Shown here in pieces: positions 34,485-43,155 of a DNA stretch of 58,012 nucleotides. The notes beneath the pieces are model-generated. The model was given only the letters and a program-made list of their open reading frames with translations, did not search any database and was not told the origin of the DNA. A program made the position numbers and the translations under genes. The first letter of the stretch is position 1; every line of letters starts with the position of its first letter. The DNA is from a candidate division WS1 bacterium. GTDB taxonomy: Bacteria; Armatimonadota; Zipacnadia; Zipacnadales; Zipacnadaceae. The stretch spans positions 1 to 58,012 of the forward strand of contig JAAYIR010000207.1 in NCBI GenBank assembly GCA_012523355.1, written 5' to 3'.

Positions 34485-35336
34485 TTAGTTCTGGCCTGTG
34501 ACATAAACATATTCGAGACGAAAGAAGTCCACCGCGGGCTTGATTATCGCGGTCACCGACTCGGCGTTCGCTGGCGAGCGTACGACCCGCTCAATCGTCC
34601 CGATGGGCAGGCTAGGGGGATAGACGGCGTCCAGACCCGAGGTGGTCACTAGATCGCCCTCGCGCAGGTCAGCCAGCGGACGCAGCTTCTCCATCTTCAG
34701 GCGGATCGCCGGCGAGGAGAAGCCCCCCTGGGGGTAGACGATTCCCATGCCGAGGTCCTCATCGCGGCTGCGGCTGTCCCGGCCCGCAACGGCGCTGAGC
34801 GAGTCAATCAATAACATCACCTCGGCGGTTCGGCCCTGAACCTTAAGGACGCGGCCCACCAGTCCCTGGTTCTGAGTCACGATGTCGCCCTCGGCGGCGA
34901 GCCCTGACTTGGGCAGCTGCACGATGGCCCGGCAGCGCCGTGGCCCAATGTCCAGTCCGATGACCCGCGCCGGCACCGCGGCCTGGCTGCGCTGCGGAGG
35001 CAGCCCCAGTGACTCCAGGAGAGCCTTGTTCTCCAGGTAGTACTGGATGGATTGCGTGACTTGCGCCTGCTTCTGGGCCAGTTGCTGGCGAAGACTCTCA
35101 TTCTCTTGCACAATCTGGCGCGCCTGCACCAGCCCCAGGGCCAGGTCGCGGGGCCATCGTGAGACTGTGGTGAAGACAAACTGCAGTGGTCGTCCCATGG
35201 CGACGATGATCCGCTCGGGCAGGCTGGTGACACGCTTGCTTTCCGCCCGATGTTGCCAGACAGTCAAGAGGACCGCTACTATTCCGAGCAGGGCTATGGA
35301 AGACCAGCGAATGTTGGGACGCGGAGCTTGCCGCAT
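34485..35336 (-). CDS. mreC: Rod shape-determining protein MreC
   Basis: An N-terminal TM helix, a coiled-coil (ENESLRQQLAQKQAQV), and beta-barrel domains with GDIVTQNQGLVGRV and GDLVTTSGLDAVYPPSLPIG. Confidence 0.85.
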   Translation of the reverse strand: MRQAPRPNIRWSSIALLGIVAVLLTVWQHRAESKRVTSLPERIIVAMGRPLQFVFTTVSRWPRDLALGLVQARQIVQENESLRQQLAQKQAQVTQSIQYYLENKALLESLGLPPQRSQAAVPARVIGLDIGPRRCRAIVQLPKSGLAAEGDIVTQNQGLVGRVLKVQGRTAEVMLLIDSLSAVAGRDSRSRDEDLGMGIVYPQGGFSSPAIRLKMEKLRPLADLREGDLVTTSGLDAVYPPSLPIGTIERVVRSPANAESVTAIIKPAVDFFRLEYVYVTGQN

Positions 35337-35353
35337 AGTCTATCGGTCTAATC

Positions 35354-36397
35354 CTATCCGCCGGGGTTGGCGCCGTCCGGCTCCTCCAGATACTGGGCCG
35401 CTCCCAGGACCACGCAGGTGATGGGGTCCTCAGCGACGTACACCGGGATGTCGGTCTCGGCGCTAATGAGCTGATCCAGGCCCCGCAGCAGCGCTCCACC
35501 GCCGGCCAGGGCAATGCCCCGGTTCATCACGTCCGCCGCCAACTCCGGCGGGGTAGCATCCAGCGTTTCCTTGACCAACTCCACCATAGCCGCTACTGGT
35601 TCGGTGATTGCCTCGCGAATCTCATTGGACGTAATCCGCACGCTCTTCGGTAGCCCTGTGACCAGGTTTTTACCTCGGATCTCCAGTGACAGCTCTTCAG
35701 TGAGTGGGAAGGCTGAACCGATGCGGACCTTGATATCTTCAGCGGTCGTTTCGCCAATATACAGGCTATACTCGTGGCGGATGTAGCTAGAGATCGCCTC
35801 ATCCATGGCCTCGCCGGCGATGCGTATGGAGCGCTGCGTACAGGTTCCGCCCAGCGAGATCACTGCCACCTCCGTGGTCCCCCCGCCAATGTCCATGATC
35901 ATGCTGCCCACAGCCTCTCCGACTGGCAGCCCCGCCCCAATCGCGGCTGCCATGGGCTCATCGATGATCAGCGTCTCCCAGGCCCCCGCTTCCCGCGCTG
36001 CGTCCTCCACGGCCCGGCGCTCGACCTCGGTAATGCCCGAGGGCACGCCGATAGCCATGCGCGGGTGCACAAACAGCCGCCGGCTGTGCACCTTGCGAAT
36101 GAAATGCCGAATCATCGCTTCGGTGACCTCAAAGTCGGCGATTACTCCGTTACGCAGCGGTCGAATGGCCGTGATATGAGCCGGAGTGCGCCCGACCATT
36201 CGTTTGGCGTCCTCCCCCACCGCCTTGATCTCATGGGTGCGCCCGTCTATGGCCACCACGGAGGGTTCGCGCAGCACGATACCCCGGCCGCGCACGTGCA
36301 CCAGTGTGCTGGCCGTACCCAGGTCAATGCCCAGATGACCGGTATATCGAAATAGCCACTTGAAGGCCCTGCGGGAGAGTCTCGCTGATAGTTGCAT
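35354..36397 (-). CDS. mreB: Rod shape-determining protein MreB (actin homologue)
   Basis: LGIDLGTASTLVH, DIGGGTTEVAVISL and IALAGGGALLRGLD motifs. The start is set at ATG 36397; the ORF extends to 36424. Confidence 0.9.
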   Translation of the reverse strand: MQLSARLSRRAFKWLFRYTGHLGIDLGTASTLVHVRGRGIVLREPSVVAIDGRTHEIKAVGEDAKRMVGRTPAHITAIRPLRNGVIADFEVTEAMIRHFIRKVHSRRLFVHPRMAIGVPSGITEVERRAVEDAAREAGAWETLIIDEPMAAAIGAGLPVGEAVGSMIMDIGGGTTEVAVISLGGTCTQRSIRIAGEAMDEAISSYIRHEYSLYIGETTAEDIKVRIGSAFPLTEELSLEIRGKNLVTGLPKSVRITSNEIREAITEPVAAMVELVKETLDATPPELAADVMNRGIALAGGGALLRGLDQLISAETDIPVYVAEDPITCVVLGAAQYLEEPDGANPGG

Positions 36398-36453
36398 GAT
36401 TTGTCTCTGGTTGTTGGCAAGCAAGGGTTGCCGTGCAGCAGGGAAAGCTCTGT

Positions 36454-37128
36454 CTAGAGCGCGCCCAGGATCTTGAGCACTTGTACGACCTTGTGAATGG
36501 GCAGGCCCACGACATTATAGTAGGAACCGTGCACGCTCTCAACCAGTCTGGGCCCCGAATCCTGAATGCCATAGGCTCCGGCCTTGTCGAGAGGGGCTCC
36601 GGAGGCCACGTATTCGTTGATGTCGCGCCCGGTCAGAGTCGCGAACCGGACCCGGCTCTGCACAACTTCCAGCCAGAGCAAGCGGACTCGTTCAGTCTTC
36701 CCCCGCCCCCTGGCGGGGAAATACGCCAGGCAGAACGCCGTATACACAGAATGTTCCCGGCCGCTGAGACGGCGGAGCATTCTTCGTGCTTCCTCGGCCT
36801 CCCGCGGTTTTCCGAGAGTGTCTTGGTCCAGGACCACGACTGTGTCTGCTCCCAGCGCCAGGTGCCCGGGGAAAGCCAGAGCGCCGCGCGCGGCCTTGAC
36901 TGTCGCGTTCAGCGAGGCTGCGGACCAGCTCCTGAGGCGAGGCAGAGGCGGGTCCGGCCCTGGATCCCAGGCATGGAACAGGAGCCTGGCTCGCCGCAGA
37001 AGTTCCCGGCGCCGCGGTGAAACGGAGGCCAGAATGATGGGCCGCAAGGTGGGGGGGAGGCCGATTCCCCTGGGTCCATTCTGCGGAATCAGGCGCAGGG
37101 CAAAACGGGCGCGTTGCCTTGTGGTCAT
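36454..37128 (-). CDS. maf: Maf-like nucleoside triphosphate pyrophosphatase / septum formation protein
   Basis: ILASVSPRRRELL, LGADTVVVLD, GKPR and DKAGAYGIQ motifs. The internal ATG at 37128 forms an ATGA overlap with the ubiB-like stop, and maf-mreBCD synteny is present. Confidence 0.85.
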   Translation of the reverse strand: MTTRQRARFALRLIPQNGPRGIGLPPTLRPIILASVSPRRRELLRRARLLFHAWDPGPDPPLPRLRSWSAASLNATVKAARGALAFPGHLALGADTVVVLDQDTLGKPREAEEARRMLRRLSGREHSVYTAFCLAYFPARGRGKTERVRLLWLEVVQSRVRFATLTGRDINEYVASGAPLDKAGAYGIQDSGPRLVESVHGSYYNVVGLPIHKVVQVLKILGAL

Positions 37129-38831
37129 AGGCGTCCGGACCGGATGACGGAGTAGAGGAGCCACAGGCCCATGAGCGCGCCCACCGCTGCAAAGACCGTC
37201 ACAAAGGGGCTTCCGATGACCTCCGACGCGTGCACGCTGCACAGCATATTGGCGGAAGCCACAATGATGGCGGCCACCACCACAGCGAAGGACAGGCGAT
37301 TTACCATGATGTCCAAGCGGTGGAGATGACGATCTGCGTTCTCCCACTGTATCCGTACCTGTGTGCCCCCGGCCTGGGCGCGCAACAGCAGGTCTGAGAC
37401 CTGCCTGGGGAGGACTCGCAGGTAATGGGTCCATTCCCTGGCGGAGCTTTGGAGCGTGGCAAACAGGTGATGGGGCGCCAGACGCTGGAAGCTTTCCTGC
37501 CGCATGGTGTCCGCGGTGAAGGCCCAGGAATCGAAGTTGGGATCGAGCTGGAGGGAGACGCCCTGCGTGATCACGATCGCACGCAGCAGACTCGCAAAGG
37601 TGGCCGGCACCCGGATGCCGTGCTTGACCAGCAGTCCCATCAGCGCGTCCACGGCCTCGGAAAAGGCGTAGGGCGAGAAGCCTGAGGGGGCATACCGGGC
37701 CACGGTCTTATCCACGTCCAGCCGGAGCGCCGACATGTTAGTGCGGCTGCTCACAGCGCCGATAGCTACCATGACGTTGACCACACCGCGGCTGTCACCC
37801 TCCACCAACGAGCCCAATAACTGCACCACGTACTCACGTAACTCCCGGCCCGCAAAGTCTACGTGACCGAAGTCCAGCAGGGCGATCCGCCCATCGGTTT
37901 GTACCAGGAGATTCCCCCCGTGGGGGTCGGCGTGAAAGAAGCCGCGCCCGGTCACCTGTTCGAACATGGTGGTCACGAACTGTTTGGCCAGAGTCGCGCG
38001 ATCCACTCCCAGTTCATCCATGGCCTCCGCATCGTTAGGGCTCACGCCCTCAACGTAGTCCATGGTCAGGATGCGAGAGGTGGTCAGATCGCGGTGAGTA
38101 CGCGGCACGAGAATGACTGTGTTGGCAGCCAGCTCCTCACGCATCCGATCCATGTTGTTGGCTTCATGGGCAAAATTGAGCTCGCTTCGTAGGATGTGAG
38201 CGAACTCCGCGGCCCAGCCGACCACATCATTCTCCCGGGCCCAATCGCTGTAGCGCTGTGCCTCCCGGGCTACGAAGGAGAGAATTCCCAGGTCTTGCTC
38301 GATCTGCTTGCGAACCTCCGGCCGCTGCACCTTGACGGCCACCCAGCGGCCGTTGTGACGGCGGGCCCGGTGTACCTGGGAAAGTGAAGCGGCCGCCACG
38401 GGTTGCGGGTCGAACTCGGCAAACATCGCTCCGAGCGGCTCTCCCAGTTCCTCCTCCAGCACGGCTTGGGCCGCCTCAAAGCTGAAGGGGGGCACGGCGT
38501 CCTGGAGCTTGCGCAACTCCTTGACGTAGTCCGGGGGGAGCAGATCCGGGCGCGTTGCCAGGGCTTGGCCAATCTTGACGCCGGTCGGTCCGATCTCCTC
38601 CAATGCCAGTCGTAGGCGTGCCGGCCCCGCGAGGTCCTCGGTCTCCTTCGCCTGCCCTGTCTCCTTGCGCTGGAGCAAGCGTCCCAGGCCCACGGAATGA
38701 ACGGCTTCCGAAAAGCCGTAGCGGGCAATGATGCCAGCCACCTGCGCCGCCCGCGTCCAGACCGAACCCGGTGTCCGCCATTGGTAGTATTTCTCCGGCG
38801 ACCTAGGACCGGATCGGCGCCTCTGCTCCAC
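37125..38831 (-). CDS. ABC1/UbiB-family atypical protein kinase
   Basis: GVKIGQALATRPDLLPPDYVKELRKLQD, AAASLSQVHRA, VAVKVQRP and FHADPHGGNL motifs, with C-terminal TM helices. Confidence 0.85.
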   Translation of the reverse strand: MEQRRRSGPRSPEKYYQWRTPGSVWTRAAQVAGIIARYGFSEAVHSVGLGRLLQRKETGQAKETEDLAGPARLRLALEEIGPTGVKIGQALATRPDLLPPDYVKELRKLQDAVPPFSFEAAQAVLEEELGEPLGAMFAEFDPQPVAAASLSQVHRARRHNGRWVAVKVQRPEVRKQIEQDLGILSFVAREAQRYSDWARENDVVGWAAEFAHILRSELNFAHEANNMDRMREELAANTVILVPRTHRDLTTSRILTMDYVEGVSPNDAEAMDELGVDRATLAKQFVTTMFEQVTGRGFFHADPHGGNLLVQTDGRIALLDFGHVDFAGRELREYVVQLLGSLVEGDSRGVVNVMVAIGAVSSRTNMSALRLDVDKTVARYAPSGFSPYAFSEAVDALMGLLVKHGIRVPATFASLLRAIVITQGVSLQLDPNFDSWAFTADTMRQESFQRLAPHHLFATLQSSAREWTHYLRVLPRQVSDLLLRAQAGGTQVRIQWENADRHLHRLDIMVNRLSFAVVVAAIIVASANMLCSVHASEVIGSPFVTVFAAVGALMGLWLLYSVIRSGRL

Positions 38832-39807
38832 AGCTCTTACACCTTCCCTCCCGATTCACTCCGAGGGGCACGCCCCGGTAGTCGGAGCGTTCCACGAGCA
38901 CTGCACCACATTCCGCGCACTCGGTGTCAGTCGTCCCCGGCAGGTGGACGTTCCCCAGGTATACGTAATTCAGGCGCTGGCGTGCCAGGTCATACGCGTG
39001 CAGCATGGTTTCCGGGGGTGTAGGAGGCGCACTCAGCTTGTATGCTGGATGGTAACGGGAGAGGTGCACCGCCATGTTCGGGTCCACGTCCGCTGCCCAG
39101 GCAAAGATATTCCCCAACTCCTCATCGGTATCGTTATAACCGGGGATGATCAGTACGGTGATCTCCACATGACACTTCCCCGTCGCCAGCTCGACCGTCT
39201 CCCGGGCCCGCCAGCCCGGCCCCCCGCACAGCTCGGTGTACAGCTTGCGGCTCCAGAACTTGATATCCACATTCATGGCGTCAATGAGCGGCAACAACTC
39301 GAGCAGCGGCTCCTTCTCAACCATGCCGTTGGTCACCAGCACGTTCTTCATGCCCAGGTCACGAATCAACCGCGCGGTATCCTGCACGTATTCATACCAG
39401 ATGAACGGCTCGTTATAGGTATACGCGATTCCCAGGTTGCCATGCGAAGTCTGATACTGCTCAGCCATGCGGGCAGCCTGTTCGGGAGGCACCTCGTCGC
39501 TCGGAGGTGTGCCCTTCGATATCTGCCAGTTCTGGCAGAAGGCACAGCTTAGATTGCACCCGAAAGTCCCCAGCGAGAGAATCGTGCTGCCGGGAAAGAA
39601 GTGATATAGTGGCTTCTTCTCGATGGGGTCCACACCTATGGAGGTAACGCGCCCATAGTTCAGTGACCGGAGCGTCCCGCCAACGTTCTTGCGGACCTGG
39701 CAGATGCCGACTTGATCCACCTTGACGTGACACTGCCAGGGGCAGAGGTGACAGTCGGCGGTCTCTGCCCCCGGTTCCCAGTGTTGGCACTCCATTAGCT
39801 CGGGCAT
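38803..39807 (-). CDS. AmmeMemoRadiSam-system-type radical SAM enzyme
   Basis: The CNLSCAFCQNWQIS radical-SAM cluster motif, an N-terminal Cys-rich region (CHLCPWQCHV) and a C-terminal CAECG...CKSCG. The overall layout is that of the PflA-like AmmeMemoRadiSam family. Confidence 0.75.
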   Translation of the reverse strand: MPELMECQHWEPGAETADCHLCPWQCHVKVDQVGICQVRKNVGGTLRSLNYGRVTSIGVDPIEKKPLYHFFPGSTILSLGTFGCNLSCAFCQNWQISKGTPPSDEVPPEQAARMAEQYQTSHGNLGIAYTYNEPFIWYEYVQDTARLIRDLGMKNVLVTNGMVEKEPLLELLPLIDAMNVDIKFWSRKLYTELCGGPGWRARETVELATGKCHVEITVLIIPGYNDTDEELGNIFAWAADVDPNMAVHLSRYHPAYKLSAPPTPPETMLHAYDLARQRLNYVYLGNVHLPGTTDTECAECGAVLVERSDYRGVPLGVNREGRCKSCGAEAPIRS

Positions 39808-39883
39808 ACTCTACCCCCTCGCTGGCCTCGGTGTTGCGCCGGCGGATCCTCTCTTCTCTGACGTACGCCGCCGCTGCCTCGCC

Positions 39884-40666
39884 TCAGGAGCGGACTATAG
39901 CCTCCATCTGCCCTCCGATATCGCGAATCCACTGCTCCGGGTACTGCGGGTAGGAGCTGACCTCGGCTGTCAGATAGTCGTCGTAGCCTACGCCACGCAG
40001 CGCGTTCATTACGCGAGGGAAATCCACACTCCCTGCCAGCAGCCCCACGAAGGTTCGGGTGTTCGTCTCGAAATCCTTGACATGTACTTTCTTGATCCGC
40101 TCTGCCAGTATCTCGACCCAGTGGTGCGGATAGCCCCAGATCAGCATGTTGCCTACGTCGAGATATGCCTGGACGTAGGGCGATTCAATGCTGTCAATGA
40201 AGTCGCGCATTTCGAGTGGACTGAGCAGGAACTTGTTCCACACGTTTTCGATGCCCATGACCACGCCTGCCGACTCGGCGACCGGCGCCAGCTCGCGCAA
40301 GCTGCGCTGGGCGATCTCATAAGCCGCGGAATAACGCACATCCTCGTTGACCAGCCCCGGCACGACCAGAAGCACCTCCGCCCCCACGGCCTGAGCTTGC
40401 TCCAGTCCCGCCTTGACCCCGGCCACGCCCTCCATGCGAACTGATTCGTCCGGGGAGGAAATGGGGCTGGGCCAGTTGGTCGTGCACATCATGCTGGAGA
40501 TCTCCAGCCCCACATTCCGTGCCATTTCCGCCAGTTTCTCGGTCGTCCGGGCTTCGGGCGACTGCGGCAGCTCCACTCCGTCAAATCCCGCCTCCTTCAC
40601 AAGTTCCAAGCGTCTTTCCTCTGGCAAGCTGGTGGGCAGAGTCCCGAAATAGATCCCTTTCTTCAC
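39884..40666 (-). CDS. Sugar phosphate isomerase/epimerase (xylose-isomerase-like TIM barrel)
   Basis: A 260-aa protein with GFDGVEL, GIENV, YLDVGN and HVKD motifs characteristic of the AP endonuclease 2/xylose isomerase-like family. Confidence 0.8.
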   Translation of the reverse strand: MKKGIYFGTLPTSLPEERRLELVKEAGFDGVELPQSPEARTTEKLAEMARNVGLEISSMMCTTNWPSPISSPDESVRMEGVAGVKAGLEQAQAVGAEVLLVVPGLVNEDVRYSAAYEIAQRSLRELAPVAESAGVVMGIENVWNKFLLSPLEMRDFIDSIESPYVQAYLDVGNMLIWGYPHHWVEILAERIKKVHVKDFETNTRTFVGLLAGSVDFPRVMNALRGVGYDDYLTAEVSSYPQYPEQWIRDIGGQMEAIVRS

Positions 40667-40779
40667 AGCTTACGCCTCCCTTAGTCTAGACGTGCCCCAG
40701 GCAACTGCTGGCTGCGGGGTCCTTCCTTACGAGGGGAACTCAGACCTTCTTCACGTGGAGTCGGCTTACAGGTCGCAGG

Positions 40780-41835
40780 TTACTGACCGGTGGGTACCGC
40801 CGGGTTCCACCACGCGGTGGCAAATACGTAGGTGGTCAGCGACTGCGCATTGACCGGATGGCGGGCGGCGAAGTCTGCCACGGTCTGCCGGGTGGTGTTG
40901 GCGCGAAAAGCCTGCACGGTCTGCTGTGCACGATTGGCGCCGGGAGAGGTGTAAAGCGCCCGCAGGGTGAGTCCCCGGACACTGCCGTCGGCGGCCAAAG
41001 CTGCCAACACCACCTGATAGGCTTGCTGCAGCACCGTTTCATACAGGCGGCCCTCCGGGAGGGTGTCAGGAATGCGGAAAGTGAGGACACAGTAGCCCTG
41101 GTACGGGTCCATCATCACGGAGACCTCTCCGGCCATGCTGACGCCATTCGGCCAGGTCAAAGCCGAGACCGCCTGCGCGATCACACGATCCTGGTCCGTG
41201 GCCGGTGCAGTCATCAGGCGGCCGCTGCCCGCAGGAGTGGCCGGAGCGGGCCCCGGAGCCCGGGCAGCCGGGCTCGTGCCGCTCCCCGGACCAGCATCGG
41301 CTCCCTGGGTGCCGGGCCTGCCAGGCGGGAGGCCCGCCCGGGTAGCCGGTGTGCTGGACACCACGTCGGGGGTGGGACGGGTGCGACGGGTGGTGCTCAT
41401 CGGCGCAGGTCGTGAGAATACTGCCACCAGGGCGATGGTGAGAGCCAGCACGGCCACGGTCCCTGCCGCCATGAAGATGGAGCGGACGGCGTTCGAGCGG
41501 CGTTGAAGATCCTCCGGCTGAGACTCGACCGGAGGGAACGCGGCATGCCTCTGCAGCATGGCACGTGCAGCAGCCCGCCGCTCAGTTGCCTCCGGTCCGC
41601 CTCCCATCTCCTCCGCTGCTTGATACCACTGGTCGGCAGTTCCCCAGTCCTCGCGGGCCGCAAGGATGTCACCCATGAGCAGGTGGGCCTTCACATCACC
41701 GGGGTACTCATCCAGAAGCTCTCGGCAGAGTTCTGTAGCTCGCTCGGTCTCGCCGTGCTCCAGCACGGCCAGTATGTCGCCGTGCCGGGTCTCGAGGTCG
41801 AACCGCACACCGCTCTGCTCCTTGGGGCCCGTCAC
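40780..41835 (-). CDS. TPR-containing single-pass membrane protein with a Pro-rich linker and an unknown C-terminal domain
   Basis: TPR-like helices (ELLDEYPGDVKAHLLMGDILAAREDWGTADQWYQAAEE), the TM helix FMAAGTVAVLALTIALVAVF and a Pro/Ala/Gly linker. GTG at 41835 overlaps the GNAT stop (GTGA). Confidence 0.55.
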   Translation of the reverse strand: MTGPKEQSGVRFDLETRHGDILAVLEHGETERATELCRELLDEYPGDVKAHLLMGDILAAREDWGTADQWYQAAEEMGGGPEATERRAAARAMLQRHAAFPPVESQPEDLQRRSNAVRSIFMAAGTVAVLALTIALVAVFSRPAPMSTTRRTRPTPDVVSSTPATRAGLPPGRPGTQGADAGPGSGTSPAARAPGPAPATPAGSGRLMTAPATDQDRVIAQAVSALTWPNGVSMAGEVSVMMDPYQGYCVLTFRIPDTLPEGRLYETVLQQAYQVVLAALAADGSVRGLTLRALYTSPGANRAQQTVQAFRANTTRQTVADFAARHPVNAQSLTTYVFATAWWNPAVPTGQ

Positions 41836-42356
41836 AACTCCTCCTCCTCCGGCTGCGGGCAGGGGGCCTGGAGGTCCTTCTCCATCCGGTAACGCTGCAC
41901 GTGGTAACCGCATCTGGCGTAGAGACTCACGGCTGTCTCGTTCTCCACGGTTACGTCCAGTGCAGACTTGAAGACGCCAAGCCGACGCATCCAGTCCTCG
42001 GCGTGCCGTGTGAGCACGGCTCCCCAGCCCAGATGGCGGCGTTCGGGGGTCACATAGACATTCTTGATATAGCCCAGTTTCTCATCCACGAGTGTCGTAA
42101 TGATTGCGGCCCATACGAAGGCCTGCGCGCGGCTGCCCTCCTCGATCACCCACAGGCCCTCGTAGGTATTTCGTAAGGCTGAGCGCAGCTGCCGCTCGTA
42201 ATCCACCAGAAAAGCCGGCCCGACATGGAAGCCAGGGAAGTTGCGTTCATAGACTTCCCGCTGAAACTCGAGCACTCGCTCCCCATGCTCTCGCCATCGG
42301 AGCTCAGTCAGGTGCGGTTGACTCTGCGGAAGCGCAGCCACCTTAGCCTCCTTCAT
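41832..42356 (-). CDS. GNAT-family N-acetyltransferase
   Basis: A 174-aa protein with the acetyl-CoA binding block VYVTPERRHLGWGAVLTRHAEDW and the C-terminal YARCGY motif. Confidence 0.8.
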   Translation of the reverse strand: MKEAKVAALPQSQPHLTELRWREHGERVLEFQREVYERNFPGFHVGPAFLVDYERQLRSALRNTYEGLWVIEEGSRAQAFVWAAIITTLVDEKLGYIKNVYVTPERRHLGWGAVLTRHAEDWMRRLGVFKSALDVTVENETAVSLYARCGYHVQRYRMEKDLQAPCPQPEEEEL

Positions 42357-42663
42357 CGATCAATTGCACGTGTTCCTGCACCACTCGTGCCGGGCAGAGC
42401 CGGACAAAGGCGCTCAGGGCGAGCGCCACAATCACGAGGTCGTCAAGCCATCCCAGCCCAATCAGGGGGAAGTCGGAGAGCAGATCGAAAGGCAGCAAGA
42501 AGTACAGTATCCCGGCCACCAGCACAACCTTGGGCACCAGACTGACACGCGGGTCGCGCATGAGTCGCCAGTACAGCCGGACCAGATTCGGCAACTGCAC
42601 GATCAGACGCGCCAGCGCGGCCGGCTGGCCCGTATGTAGGTCTCGTATGTATCGGTAGTTCAT
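42343..42663 (-). CDS. DUF1232 (YkvA-like) small membrane protein
   Basis: The LYWRLMRDPRVSLVPKVVLVAGILYFLLPFDLLSDFPLIGLGWLDDLVIVALAL block is typical of DUF1232. I chose the internal ATG at 42663. Confidence 0.75.
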   Translation of the reverse strand: MNYRYIRDLHTGQPAALARLIVQLPNLVRLYWRLMRDPRVSLVPKVVLVAGILYFLLPFDLLSDFPLIGLGWLDDLVIVALALSAFVRLCPARVVQEHVQLIDEGG

Positions 42664-42966
42664 CTCGCTAGCTCCCGCGTCCGCTATCAGTTTACCACAA
42701 TCCCGCAAATCTAGCTGTGAATCTCCGCCCCAGTCTTCCCCTGAGCGCGGTCTGTTGCCCACCTGGGAATGACAATCCAGACCTGCTTGCGGTTCGAATT
42801 GCCCCTCATGCTTCGCAAGCAAGGCTTCTGTACCCGGGGCGGAGTCTGTGATCCTGAGCCTTTGCGGGTCTAGACCTCCTCTGCACGAGGGGAAGGCCCG
42901 CGCTTCAGTGGCGTTTGGGCGAGGAATCTGGCAAGGCAAGTCTTGCTGTCTGGGTCCCGGTGTCGC

Positions 42967-42995
42967 TTGACATTCGTCGCGTGTGCGGCTATACT
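42967..42995 (+). promoter_or_regulatory. Near-consensus sigma70-type promoter upstream of guaA
   Basis: TTGACA (42967-42972), a 17-nt spacer, then TATACT (42990-42995). It predicts a roughly 150-nt leader before the guaA ATG at 43156. Confidence 0.55.
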
Positions 42996-43155
42996 GATAG
43001 TGGTGTAGTCCGACGCATTCTGTCCCCGGCAACACTATCCCAGGTAAGCACCGGTTTATGCTCATGCCTAGGGTGGCTACAGTGTAGGCATTTGGCGGCA
43101 GGTTCATCCTTCGCATACCGATCACCAACATGGGTCGTTAGCCCTCAATTCCTGT

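Noticed and set aside
42789-42805. A GGTTCGAAT element resembling a tRNA T-loop in the guaA upstream gap.
   Set aside because: The flanking bases do not form a T-stem (TGCGG versus TGCCC). I could not build an acceptor, D or anticodon arm around it on either strand.
42664-43131. A 156-codon N-terminal extension of the DUF1232 ORF, which would fill the large intergenic gap.
   Set aside because: The extension has no domain. Its composition is unlike neighbouring genes, and it runs antisense through a near-consensus promoter. The DUF1232 homology begins right after the internal ATG at 42663.
43002-43155. A possible purine, ZTP (pfl) or ykkC-type riboswitch in the guaA leader.
   Set aside because: Only isolated short matches are present (GGGUCGU, CUAGGG, UGGCGG), in the wrong order and spacing for the consensus folds as I remember them. 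I keep it only as an unexplained long leader.
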